32,000 bases of DNA from Candidatus Iainarchaeum sp. (GTDB lineage: Archaea > Iainarchaeota > Iainarchaeia > Iainarchaeales > GCA-2688035). A model generated the notes under the pieces. That model did not search any database, was not told the origin of the DNA, and saw only the letters and a program-made list of their open reading frames with translations. Position 1 is the first letter of the stretch. Every line of letters begins with the position of its first letter. Below, one piece after another: positions 15,525 to 23,301 of this stretch. The translations under genes and the position numbers were made by a program. Location: positions 1 to 32,000 of the forward strand of contig JAQTNI010000005.1 of the NCBI GenBank assembly GCA_028713935.1, given 5' to 3'.

Positions 15525-17102
15525 ATGAAATGCATTTTGGTCCGTTTAAAGGACAATCGCAGCAGTGACGTTCTCTATTTTCCAAAAGTGGAAAGCCTTG
15601 CAATTGGATATCTTGCAGGTTACCTGCGCGCTAATTCTTTTGAAGCTGCAATTGTTGATGAAGAGCTTTCAGGCTCTTCAAGAGAGCAAACAATAAGACA
15701 ATTGCGGGATTCTGATTTGATTGGTTTTACTGCAATAGCAAAAACACAGATTTTTCAGGTAATCGAAACAACCAAAGAGCTGAAAAAGAGCAGGTGCAAT
15801 GCCCATATTTCAATTGGCGGGCATTATCCGAGTTTCTTGCATAAAGAACTTCTTTCCTTGAAAAATACTTTTGATTCTGTTGTAAGGTTTGAAGGCGAAG
15901 AAACTTTTTCAGAGCTTGCAGAGGCAATCGAAGAAAAAAAAGCCTTTTCTGGAATCAAAGGGCTTGCCTTCAAGCAAAATGGAAAGATAATTGAAAATGG
16001 ATTGAGACCGCTTATTGAAGACCTTGATTCTGTTCCTTTTCCTGCAAGGGACACTTTGCCAATGGTTTTGGAACAGGGAGGGTTGCCTGTAATTTCTTCC
16101 AGCAGAGGCTGTTATAACAGCTGCAGTTATTGCTCTATCAGCAGTTTTTACTCTGCTCCTGGCGGAAAACAATTCAGGACAAGAAGTGCGGAAAACGTTT
16201 TGGCAGAGCTTAGCGAATTAAAACAAAATTTTCCCGCAATGAATGAAATCTGGTTTGTAGATGATAATTTTGTAATGCCTGGAAGCAAAGGATTAGAGAG
16301 AACAGTCAAACTCTGCAAAGGCATAAAAAATCTTGGCCTGGAATTCCAGATTTACTTGCGCGCCAACCACATCAACAAAAAATTGCTGTGCCTGCTTAAG
16401 GCAAGCGGCCTGCAAAATATTTTTATTGGCGCCGAGGCAGCAAATGATTTTACTTTGCAGGCTCTTTTCAACAAAAATATTTCTGTGGAGCAAACCCGCA
16501 AAGCAATAAAACTGTGCAATCAAATGAAAATCAGCATTGACCCCGGCTTTATAATGTTTCATCCCTGGAGCACAATGAAAGAAATAGAAGAAAACATAAA
16601 ATTCTTGGAAGAAACAAAACAATTCACTCTTTATGGCATTGCAAGCTTTCTCACGCCTTATTCCTTTACCCCAATTGGCAAAAAAATGCTCAGCAAAGAA
16701 TTGGCCTACAAAAAGCCGGCTGTTCTGCCTGCACAGAAACTCAATGATTTTGTGCCTTATGAAATAATGAACGAAAAAGCAGAATTGTTGCTTTGCCTTA
16801 CTCTGGATGCTTTCGAAGAATTCAGCCGACTGCCAAAAATTTTTTCAAAACTAAAGCAAAAAATAAGGAAGCTAAAATCTGAAAAAAATCAAGATGCGAT
16901 TGTGCTTGAAAAAAAATGGCTTTTTGAAATCAAAAAAATGAACCAGTCAGGAATGCGCTTTTTCAAGGAATTGTTTTTTTTCATCAAGGCAGCAGAGTTA
17001 AGCGACAATGAAATAAAGCCTTTTTTTGAAAAATTCAGGGCAAGAATCAAGGCAGAAATTGAAGAAACAGCAAAAGGGCTGGAAGAACTGGTTAACAACT
17101 AA
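15525..17102 (+). CDS. B12-binding-domain radical SAM enzyme (class B rSAM)
   Basis: The N-terminal ~150 aa have a Rossmann-like B12-binding domain pattern. The radical SAM cluster motif is 'SSSRGCYNSCSYCS' (CxxxCxxC). The ATG at 15525 (MKCILV) is preferred over the GTG at 15492. Confidence 0.85.
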   Translation: MKCILVRLKDNRSSDVLYFPKVESLAIGYLAGYLRANSFEAAIVDEELSGSSREQTIRQLRDSDLIGFTAIAKTQIFQVIETTKELKKSRCNAHISIGGHYPSFLHKELLSLKNTFDSVVRFEGEETFSELAEAIEEKKAFSGIKGLAFKQNGKIIENGLRPLIEDLDSVPFPARDTLPMVLEQGGLPVISSSRGCYNSCSYCSISSFYSAPGGKQFRTRSAENVLAELSELKQNFPAMNEIWFVDDNFVMPGSKGLERTVKLCKGIKNLGLEFQIYLRANHINKKLLCLLKASGLQNIFIGAEAANDFTLQALFNKNISVEQTRKAIKLCNQMKISIDPGFIMFHPWSTMKEIEENIKFLEETKQFTLYGIASFLTPYSFTPIGKKMLSKELAYKKPAVLPAQKLNDFVPYEIMNEKAELLLCLTLDAFEEFSRLPKIFSKLKQKIRKLKSEKNQDAIVLEKKWLFEIKKMNQSGMRFFKELFFFIKAAELSDNEIKPFFEKFRARIKAEIEETAKGLEELVNN

Positions 17103-17187
17103 GTTTGTTCCAGAATTTTTGCAACGTGCCATTTTTATTTTTTTGGTATCTTCTTTGCTTTATCTTCTCATTGATAGGGGCAATTAA

Positions 17188-17649
17188 ATGAAGCTGACTT
17201 TCGTTGAGTTTCAAGGGGAAATTCCAGATATTGCGGCAGCTACTCTTGCTGCAATATCATACGACTCCAGAAATATTTCTCAGCCTCCTGAAGGAGCATT
17301 TAAACTTATTTCAAAAAGCATACAAGACAGGCTTGGAGCGGACAGTCATCTGAGAATAGCATTAGCAATGGATACTGATGTTCCAAAGCCGAATCCGGTT
17401 GGTTATATCGAGTATTCCGTGATTGACGGCAAAGTTTTTGCGCATGCGCGATATGTGCGTGGTGAAGGCAAGTCTTTTGGGATTGTAAAAAAAAGACTGT
17501 TAGAACACATACGAAGACAGGGCGAGTTTCACTGTTGGACTCAAACCATAACTGGCAGGCGTGCTTTTCGTGCTGCTGAATTAAGATTAGAACGAAAGCA
17601 AAAACGGGAACAAAGGAAAAGGTTCCCCCTGGGAAGGCGCCCCATATAG
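17188..17649 (+). CDS. Hypothetical protein, possibly a GNAT-like fold with a basic C-terminal tail
   Basis: 153-aa ORF with a TAGGGG SD-like motif. 'VGYIEYSVIDGKVFAHARYVRGEGKSFGIVKKRLLEHI' weakly resembles GNAT motif A. The C-terminus is Arg/Lys-rich. Confidence 0.35.
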   Translation: MKLTFVEFQGEIPDIAAATLAAISYDSRNISQPPEGAFKLISKSIQDRLGADSHLRIALAMDTDVPKPNPVGYIEYSVIDGKVFAHARYVRGEGKSFGIVKKRLLEHIRRQGEFHCWTQTITGRRAFRAAELRLERKQKREQRKRFPLGRRPI

Positions 17650-17675
17650 AGACAAAAAACCTAGAAAGGAAATTG

Positions 17676-18251
17676 TTAATTTTCCAGAATTTCCCTTATT
17701 TTTTTTGCAACGCTTCCTTTTGGATTTCTGAAAAGGAAGGCCTGCAATTGGTTGAAGTTTTTGCTTTTCCTTGCCTGAGAGGCTTTTTCAAAATCAATTA
17801 TTATTGGCAGGAAATTTTTTTTCACCAAAATGTTTGCGCCCCTGCCTGCAAGCTGGCCATGGCTTAATCCGATTTCATCAAGTTTTTTTGCCTGTTCAAG
17901 AAGTGAATCAAGGCATTTCTGCAGATGTTTTTTTTGGGGATTTTGAAAAAGCCATTTTGAAAAAGGGATTCCTTCAATAAATTCCATCAGCACAATTCTT
18001 TTTTCACAATCAAAGCAGATTAATTTCGGGCCAATTCCAATTCTGTTTGCGGCTTTCAAATTTGCAGCTTCTTTTTCAACCATTCTTTTGCGCTGGCTTT
18101 TTTGCTTTTCAACTTTTGCGGCAAATTTTTTTCCTTTCCTGTTTTTCACCAAAAAAATTTCGCTGCTCCAGCCCTTTGAAATTTTTTCAGCAAGCTCCAA
18201 GTTTTTTTCATTCAAAAATCCAGCCAATCGCAAAGCAGAATCAGGAATCAT
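17676..18251 (-). CDS. Small Bud32/RIO-like kinase-fold protein
   Basis: 'GWSSEIFLVKNRKGKKFAAKVEK' looks like a glycine loop plus VAIK-like Lys. 'LMEFIEG' looks like the hinge. 'HGQLAGRGANILV' is the catalytic-loop position, and 'IIIDFEKAS' is DFG-like. The ATG at 18251 is preferred over the TTG at 18266. Confidence 0.5.
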   Translation of the reverse strand: MIPDSALRLAGFLNEKNLELAEKISKGWSSEIFLVKNRKGKKFAAKVEKQKSQRKRMVEKEAANLKAANRIGIGPKLICFDCEKRIVLMEFIEGIPFSKWLFQNPQKKHLQKCLDSLLEQAKKLDEIGLSHGQLAGRGANILVKKNFLPIIIDFEKASQARKSKNFNQLQAFLFRNPKGSVAKKIREILEN

Positions 18252-18262
18252 AAAAACCAGTG

Positions 18263-18850
18263 TCAAGCGCCTGGCAAAATTACATCAACAAGAATCCCTT
18301 TTGTCTTGCCCTGGTCAAGAAGCTCTTCAAGAGGCTGAAACACAGGGCCTTTCATATTATGCATTACCCAGTGAGTGCCATTGCGTTTTCCAAGATACAA
18401 TACTGTGTGGGTATAAAGCCTTCTTGGATGGCTTATTTGCTCTGGGCTCCAGGGCAGATAAATCCCCAACAGGCAGCCAGGCACAAGATGATTTTCAATT
18501 TTTTCCAATGGAACAACAGGCCTTTCAATTCTGCTTGAACCCCAACCAGTTTTTGTTGCAAGCCTTAAGGACAAATGATTCCATTTCGCCAGGTCCCATG
18601 CATGGCCTTTTTCATAATCCAGCCCGAAAATAATTTTTGCAACCCTTACAGCATAGCCAGCACAATTACCATCTTTGTTAAAATCCTTGGTTCTGCCTTT
18701 CCTGTCAGTTTCAATTGGAACACGAATTGCATTGCCGGTTCCAATTGCAGTTAATCCTGCCTGTGCAAGCCCCGGAATCCTTTCACTCCCTACTAAGTGG
18801 GAAACCCTTGGCTTAGAAAAAATCCTTTTCAGCCTGCGCATTCCCCTCAT
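18263..18850 (-). CDS. Putative papain-like / NlpC-P60-like cysteine hydrolase
   Basis: 195-aa ORF. 'DGNCAGYAVRV' is a candidate nucleophile Cys, and 'YTHTVLYLGK' and 'HWVMHN' are candidate His residues. The order and spacing resemble NlpC/P60. The stop abuts the kinase-fold gene. Confidence 0.4.
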   Translation of the reverse strand: MRGMRRLKRIFSKPRVSHLVGSERIPGLAQAGLTAIGTGNAIRVPIETDRKGRTKDFNKDGNCAGYAVRVAKIIFGLDYEKGHAWDLAKWNHLSLRLATKTGWGSSRIERPVVPLEKIENHLVPGCLLGIYLPWSPEQISHPRRLYTHTVLYLGKRNGTHWVMHNMKGPVFQPLEELLDQGKTKGILVDVILPGA

Positions 18851-18925
18851 ACAGCCACTTTCCCAATATCAATTATAATCGGAAGAGTTTTAAAAAAGAA
18901 AGCCCCTTACTTTAGCGTGGTTTAA

Positions 18926-19153
18926 ATGGAATGTTATTCTCCCACAAAACTCGGCGCACTGGCTTATGCAGTTGTTTTGACAGTTGCTGCAGTAATTGTC
19001 CTTGCAGTTGCAAGATACTTGCTTGCAAAGCCAATTCTCACAATAGACCTTGCAGCCACAGCCGCAATTGTGTTCATAATAGGCTTCGCAGTGCAATGGT
19101 ATATGCAGGCACGCTGCTGCAAAAGCCCTTCAAAAACAAAGGCAAAAGAATAA
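18926..19153 (+). CDS. Small two-TM membrane protein
   Basis: 75-aa ORF with two hydrophobic helices and a basic C-terminus. An overlapping 125-aa ORF in another frame is less protein-like. Confidence 0.4.
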   Translation: MECYSPTKLGALAYAVVLTVAAVIVLAVARYLLAKPILTIDLAATAAIVFIIGFAVQWYMQARCCKSPSKTKAKE

Positions 19154-19180
19154 TTGTTGCCTCAAAAAGCCGAGTTTTTT

Positions 19181-19402
19181 TCAAATTAATTTCAGGAATT
19201 CTTCTTTTGAGAGCCCTGCTTGTTTTATTATTGCCAACAGGGTTCCCGGTGCAATTGTTTTGTGGTTTGGAACAGTTACTCTTCGGAAAGGCATTTTGTT
19301 TTCCCTGAGAATGAAATGGCTGCCTGTTTGATGATCAACTTCAAAACAAACTTTGCCTAGTGCTTTTACAATTTTTAATCCCGGTAAAACAGGCAATTTC
19401 AT
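19181..19402 (-). CDS. hicA: HicA-family toxin (mRNA interferase)
   Basis: 73 aa. 'LKIVKALGKVCFEVDHQTGSHFILRE...VTVPNHKTIAPGTLLAIIKQAGLSKEEFLKL' is the YcfA/HicA pattern with the conserved His. Confidence 0.85.
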   Translation of the reverse strand: MKLPVLPGLKIVKALGKVCFEVDHQTGSHFILRENKMPFRRVTVPNHKTIAPGTLLAIIKQAGLSKEEFLKLI

Positions 19403-19436
19403 GCAAAAAACTTCCTGAGAATTTGAAAAAAATTAT

Positions 19437-19652
19437 TTAAACAGAAATTGCTTCAATTTGCACAAATCGTTCAAAAACTTTTTCTTCCGGGTGTTTTTTC
19501 AGGCTTTCGAGATAACCCAAAACAGCATCCTTGATATTCAAAAGCGCCTGTGCTTTTGTTTTTCCCTGGGAAATGCAGCCAGGCAGGTTTGGTACTTCTG
19601 CAACAAACCAGCCGGTTTCAGAATCCTTAGTCAAAACAACCTTGAAATCCAT
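19437..19652 (-). CDS. hicB: HicB-family antitoxin
   Basis: 'MDFKVVLTKDSETGWFVAEVPNLPGCISQGKTKAQALLNIKDAV' is the HicB/UPF0150 pattern. The ATG at 19652 is preferred over the GTG at 19661. Confidence 0.85.
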   Translation of the reverse strand: MDFKVVLTKDSETGWFVAEVPNLPGCISQGKTKAQALLNIKDAVLGYLESLKKHPEEKVFERFVQIEAISV

Positions 19653-19694
19653 ATTTATCACTATAAATATAATTCCCTAAGCGGCTATAAAAAC

Positions 19695-19814
19695 ATATCC
19701 TGGAATCCGACAATTGCAATTCCCAAAGAAAACTGGGAAGCATTGTCAAAACTCGGCAGCAAGAATGAAACTTTCGACGAGATAATAACAAGGCTGCTGA
19801 AGGAAAAAAAATAA
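19695..19814 (+). pseudogene. Start-less relic of a small VapB/COG1753-like antitoxin
   Basis: The in-frame sequence 'TIAIPKENWEALSKLGSKNETFDEIITRLLKEKK*' matches the short archaeal antitoxin pattern (TI.I..E.YE.L..L....ESFSDVI.RLL). No ATG, GTG or TTG lies between the hicB start and this segment, and no partner toxin is adjacent. Confidence 0.3.
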
Positions 19815-19829
19815 GTAGGCACTTTGCTT

Positions 19830-20174
19830 TCATTGCTTCTTCTTTTTAGCTACGGATTTTTTGTTTTCAGATAGCTGGGAATTTATTGTGTTTATCTTCT
19901 GGCTCAGATTATCGGTTATATCCAATAGCAATTTTTCTGTGCAAAACATTCGGACAAGCAAGTAAGTATTTATTGTATTCTCAACTCTTTGCCAAGCAAA
20001 TTCATCTTCTTTGCCAAAAACCTCAAACGCTGTTTCTGTCAACTTGTCATATACATCCATATATTGGTTGTAACGCATTTCCGTGCCAACATTGTCAAGA
20101 ATTTGCATCATGCGATACTCAAATTCAACTAACTTTTTCCCTTGTTCTTCTTTATTCAAACGGCTCTTTTCCAT
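19830..20174 (-). CDS. Hypothetical protein
   Basis: 114-aa ORF with an ATG start. It looks helical and has no recognisable motif. Confidence 0.45.
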   Translation of the reverse strand: MEKSRLNKEEQGKKLVEFEYRMMQILDNVGTEMRYNQYMDVYDKLTETAFEVFGKEDEFAWQRVENTINTYLLVRMFCTEKLLLDITDNLSQKINTINSQLSENKKSVAKKKKQ

Positions 20175-20228
20175 ACATAAACATATTTTGGAAAAGCGTA
20201 AAAAACGATGCCGACTTGCACTAGGTTA

Positions 20229-20690
20229 TCATTGAGATAAGGCGTTTCGAAATAGTAAAATAAGTTCTTTTAGTTCTCTCTTAATTTCTCTGGTTCTGTC
20301 TGGGCCAACATAATACTCTGCGTCTTTTTCCTGAAGTTGGATAGAGTAAAAGGTGATAGCCCTGCCATTTGCCTGTATTATTTTTGGCGGCGGTATTTTT
20401 TTAGGGGCGCGATAGTTTTTGCCTAATTTTTTAGGTTCTTTGTGGACATCAAGCCCACGTATTGTGTTTCCTTTTTTTTTGCTAATCCAATGGGTTATTT
20501 TTGGGTCATTTTTGTATTTGTCATAGAATTGCACGTTTAGGCACTTTATATAATTCCAAGAAGTATAAAGTGTGTTTAAGCAAGCCCAAAAGTAATAGTT
20601 TTGATACTCTCTTTTTTTGGCTGTTTTCATTTTCTTAAAAAAGAAATCAGCTGCATTTACCCTTTCTAAAGCATCTTCTTTTGTGGGCAT
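20229..20690 (-). CDS. Hypothetical protein
   Basis: 153-aa ORF with an ATG start. It is basic and has no recognisable motif. Confidence 0.45.
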   Translation of the reverse strand: MPTKEDALERVNAADFFFKKMKTAKKREYQNYYFWACLNTLYTSWNYIKCLNVQFYDKYKNDPKITHWISKKKGNTIRGLDVHKEPKKLGKNYRAPKKIPPPKIIQANGRAITFYSIQLQEKDAEYYVGPDRTREIKRELKELILLFRNALSQ

Positions 20691-20878
20691 GTAATTTCCA
20701 CTGCCCTCTAAGCAGGTTATAAATCTTATAATGAGTATAGGTTTTTAAACATTCATATCCATCAATATTTTAGTCTTTTTTCTATTCAAATAATCAAATT
20801 AATTCAATTGTGAGCTTTGCTTTAATTTGATTGTAAATTTTGAAGAAATTGAATTGTGAATTTTGGAGGGTGAGTTTT

Positions 20879-22525
20879 ATGGCGGACAATAATAATCAGC
20901 AGGTTGTTTTTCTTCCTGAGGGAAGCAAGAGGACAAGAGGAAGGGATGCGCAAAGAATAAATATTCTGATTGCAAAGGCTGTTGCGAATGCAGTCAAATC
21001 CACTTTGGGGCCGAAAGGAATGGACAAAATGATTGTGGATGAGCTTGGCGACATTACTATTTCGAATGATGGCGCAACAATTCTCGGAGAAATGAGCATT
21101 GAGCATCCTGCGGGCAAAATGATGGTTGAAATTGCAAAAACCCAGGACCAGGAAGTTGGCGATGGAACAACCACTGCAGTTGTAATCGGCGGCACTCTTT
21201 TGAAAAATGCGGAAGAACTGCTTGACGATGAGATTCACCCGAGCATAATTATCAAGGGTTATAGGTTGGCTGCAAAAAAAGCAAAGGAAATTGTTGCTGA
21301 AATTGCAGAGCCGATTTCTTTCAAGGACACAAAAATTTTGAGGAACATTGCCCTGACTTCAATGACTGGAAAAGCCGCTGAATCAGCTGAAGAACTCACT
21401 GACCTTGTTGTAAAGGCAATTACGCAGATTGCGGATGAAGAGGATGGAAAAATAAAAATTGACATTGACAATGTCAAGGTTGAGAAAAAGCATGGAGCTT
21501 CCCTTGCCGAAAGCCAATTGGTGCAGGGAATAATTGTTGACAAGGAAATAGTTCATAATGGCATGCCAAAAAAAATCAAGTCGGCAAGAATTGCCCTGGT
21601 TGATGCCGCTTTGGAAATAAAAGGGCCTGAAACAGACACAAAAGTGGAAATCAATTCTCCTGAACAATTGCAGTCTTTTTTGGACAAGGAAGAGGAAATG
21701 CTCAGGAAAATGGTTGACACAGTAAAAAAATCAGGTGCAAATGTCTTGGTTTGCCAGAAGGGAATTGACGATGTTGCACAGCACTTTCTTGCAAAAGAAG
21801 GAATTGCTGCTATCCGCAGAGTAAAGCAATCAGACATGGAGGCGCTTGCAAGGGCAACTGGCGCAAAAATTGTTTCTAGGATACAGGACTTAACTGAAAA
21901 AGATTTGGGAAAAGCAGACCTTGTGCAGGAAAAGAAAATCGGCGGCGACTCAATGGTTTTCATTGAAGGCTGCAAAAACCCGAAAAGCGTTTCACTGCTG
22001 TTAAGGGGAGGCTCAGAGCATGTGGTTGAAGAAGCAGAAAGGGCAATCCACGATGCATTGATGGCAACAGCCACAGCAGTAAGAGACGGCAAAATTGTTT
22101 ATGGCGGGGGAAGCCCTGAAATGGAAATGGCTGTAAGATTAAGGGAATTTGCCACTACAATCGGCGGAAAAGAGCAATTGGCAATAGAAGCCTTTGCCTC
22201 TACTTTGGAAGAAATCCCAAGGACTCTTGCAGAAACAGCGGGAATGGACCCATTGGAAACCCTTGTCAACTTAAGGTCAAAGCACAAGGCAAAAACAGGC
22301 AGGACAATTGGCGTTGATGTTTTCAATTCCACAATTGGGGACATGAAGCCATTGAATGTAGTTGAGCCTCTTTCAGTTAAAATACAGGCAATCACTTCAG
22401 GAATAGAAGTAGCGGAAATGCTGCTGAGAATTGACGACATAATTGCCGGAAACAGCAAAAGGCCATCAATGCCCCCAGGCGGAATGGGCGGAGGCATGGG
22501 CGGAATGGGAGACATGGAAATGTAA
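20879..22525 (+). CDS. ths: Thermosome subunit (group II chaperonin)
   Basis: 'GPKGMDKM', '[11 protein letters not shown]', '[14 protein letters not shown]', '[12 protein letters not shown]' and the C-terminal GGM tail are all present. The ATG at 20879 is preceded by GGAGGGTGA. Confidence 0.95.
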   Translation: MADNNNQQVVFLPEGSKRTRGRDAQRINILIAKAVANAVKSTLGPKGMDKMIVDELGDITISNDGATILGEMSIEHPAGKMMVEIAKTQDQEVGDGTTTAVVIGGTLLKNAEELLDDEIHPSIIIKGYRLAAKKAKEIVAEIAEPISFKDTKILRNIALTSMTGKAAESAEELTDLVVKAITQIADEEDGKIKIDIDNVKVEKKHGASLAESQLVQGIIVDKEIVHNGMPKKIKSARIALVDAALEIKGPETDTKVEINSPEQLQSFLDKEEEMLRKMVDTVKKSGANVLVCQKGIDDVAQHFLAKEGIAAIRRVKQSDMEALARATGAKIVSRIQDLTEKDLGKADLVQEKKIGGDSMVFIEGCKNPKSVSLLLRGGSEHVVEEAERAIHDALMATATAVRDGKIVYGGGSPEMEMAVRLREFATTIGGKEQLAIEAFASTLEEIPRTLAETAGMDPLETLVNLRSKHKAKTGRTIGVDVFNSTIGDMKPLNVVEPLSVKIQAITSGIEVAEMLLRIDDIIAGNSKRPSMPPGGMGGGMGGMGDMEM

Positions 22526-22600
22526 CTGCCCTTTTCTTTTTTTGAAAAAAGAAAAGTGCAAGGTGCCCAAAAGAAAAAACCATGCACTTTTGCTAAACAG
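22526..22600 (+). repeat. ~75-nt intergenic repeat, copy A (T/A-rich hairpin plus a GTGCCCAAAAGAAAA box)
   Basis: It starts immediately after the thermosome stop and is highly similar by eye (mostly identical) to 24475-24550. The hairpin is at 22531-22556. A partial extra sub-repeat lies at 22601-22635. Confidence 0.7.
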
Positions 22601-22691
22601 AAAAGAAAATGTAGGTTGCCAAAAGAAAAGAAATCATAAAAGAAAAAGAAATTCTGAATTTTTGAATCGGGAATTCTTTTTCTTTCTTTTT

Positions 22692-23237
22692 TTAATTTTT
22701 TATTTTTTTTAAAACCAGTTCCAATTGCAATTCAAATTCTTTTTTTGTCCCCTCGTTGATTATTGTATAATCTGCCATTGCAATCGGGCCGCCTTTTTCA
22801 AGGTTTTCAATTTCCGCCTTGTCTCTTGCAATGCACTCTTCTTCCGGCAACGGCCTTTCTTTCCTGTTTAACATGCGGGCATGCCTTGTTTTCGGGGAAG
22901 CAAAAACCGCAATTGTGGAAATTTGCGGAAATTTTTGCTTCAAAAAAACAAGCTCGCTCCAGCCCATCAAGTCCTCTATTATAATATCCTTTTTTTTTGC
23001 AATAAGCAAATTTATTTTTTGCTCAGAAAGCACTGCAATTGCAGCCATTCCAAGCTTTTTTCTCAGGTCTTCGCGCACAGTTTTTTCATTCTGCTCATTG
23101 ATTTCCAGGCCGCGCTTCCGAGTTTCTTCAAGCACAACCCCTCCAAAATAAACCTTTTCAAAGCCCTTTGAAACAAAAAAATTTGTTGCAAAACTCTTTC
23201 CAGCTCCTGTCATTCCCACAATTACTGCAAATTTCAT
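22692..23237 (-). CDS. P-loop nucleotide kinase (UPF0200 / dephospho-CoA-kinase-like family)
   Basis: 'MKFAVIVGMTGAGKSFATNFFVSKGFEKVYFGGVVLEETRKRGLE' carries a Walker A motif. The track ORF 22692..24017 is trimmed to the internal ATG at 23237, because its upstream part is antisense to the membrane-protein gene. Confidence 0.7.
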   Translation of the reverse strand: MKFAVIVGMTGAGKSFATNFFVSKGFEKVYFGGVVLEETRKRGLEINEQNEKTVREDLRKKLGMAAIAVLSEQKINLLIAKKKDIIIEDLMGWSELVFLKQKFPQISTIAVFASPKTRHARMLNRKERPLPEEECIARDKAEIENLEKGGPIAMADYTIINEGTKKEFELQLELVLKKIKN

Positions 23238-23301
23238 AAAATAACTTAAAATAGAAACATTTAAAAACAAGAAAACCTTTTCTATTATCGGTGATTTTAC
23301 A

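Noticed and set aside
18088-18633. Plus-strand 181-aa ORF overlapping the 18263..18850 gene
   Set aside because: Its translation is Phe/Ser/Leu-rich and low-complexity. The minus-strand product has an ordered Cys...His...His hydrolase-like pattern and abuts the kinase-fold gene in operon fashion.
19458-19694. First two thirds of the plus-strand 118-aa ORF 19458..19814
   Set aside because: It is antisense to the well-supported hicB gene. Only the last ~38 codons, outside hicB, look protein-like, and they are reported separately as an antitoxin relic.
21553-22587. Long minus-strand ORFs (21553..22092 and 22099..22587) inside the thermosome gene
   Set aside because: They are antisense shadows of a highly conserved chaperonin gene. 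The translated sequences are Ser/Ala/Ile-rich with no motifs.
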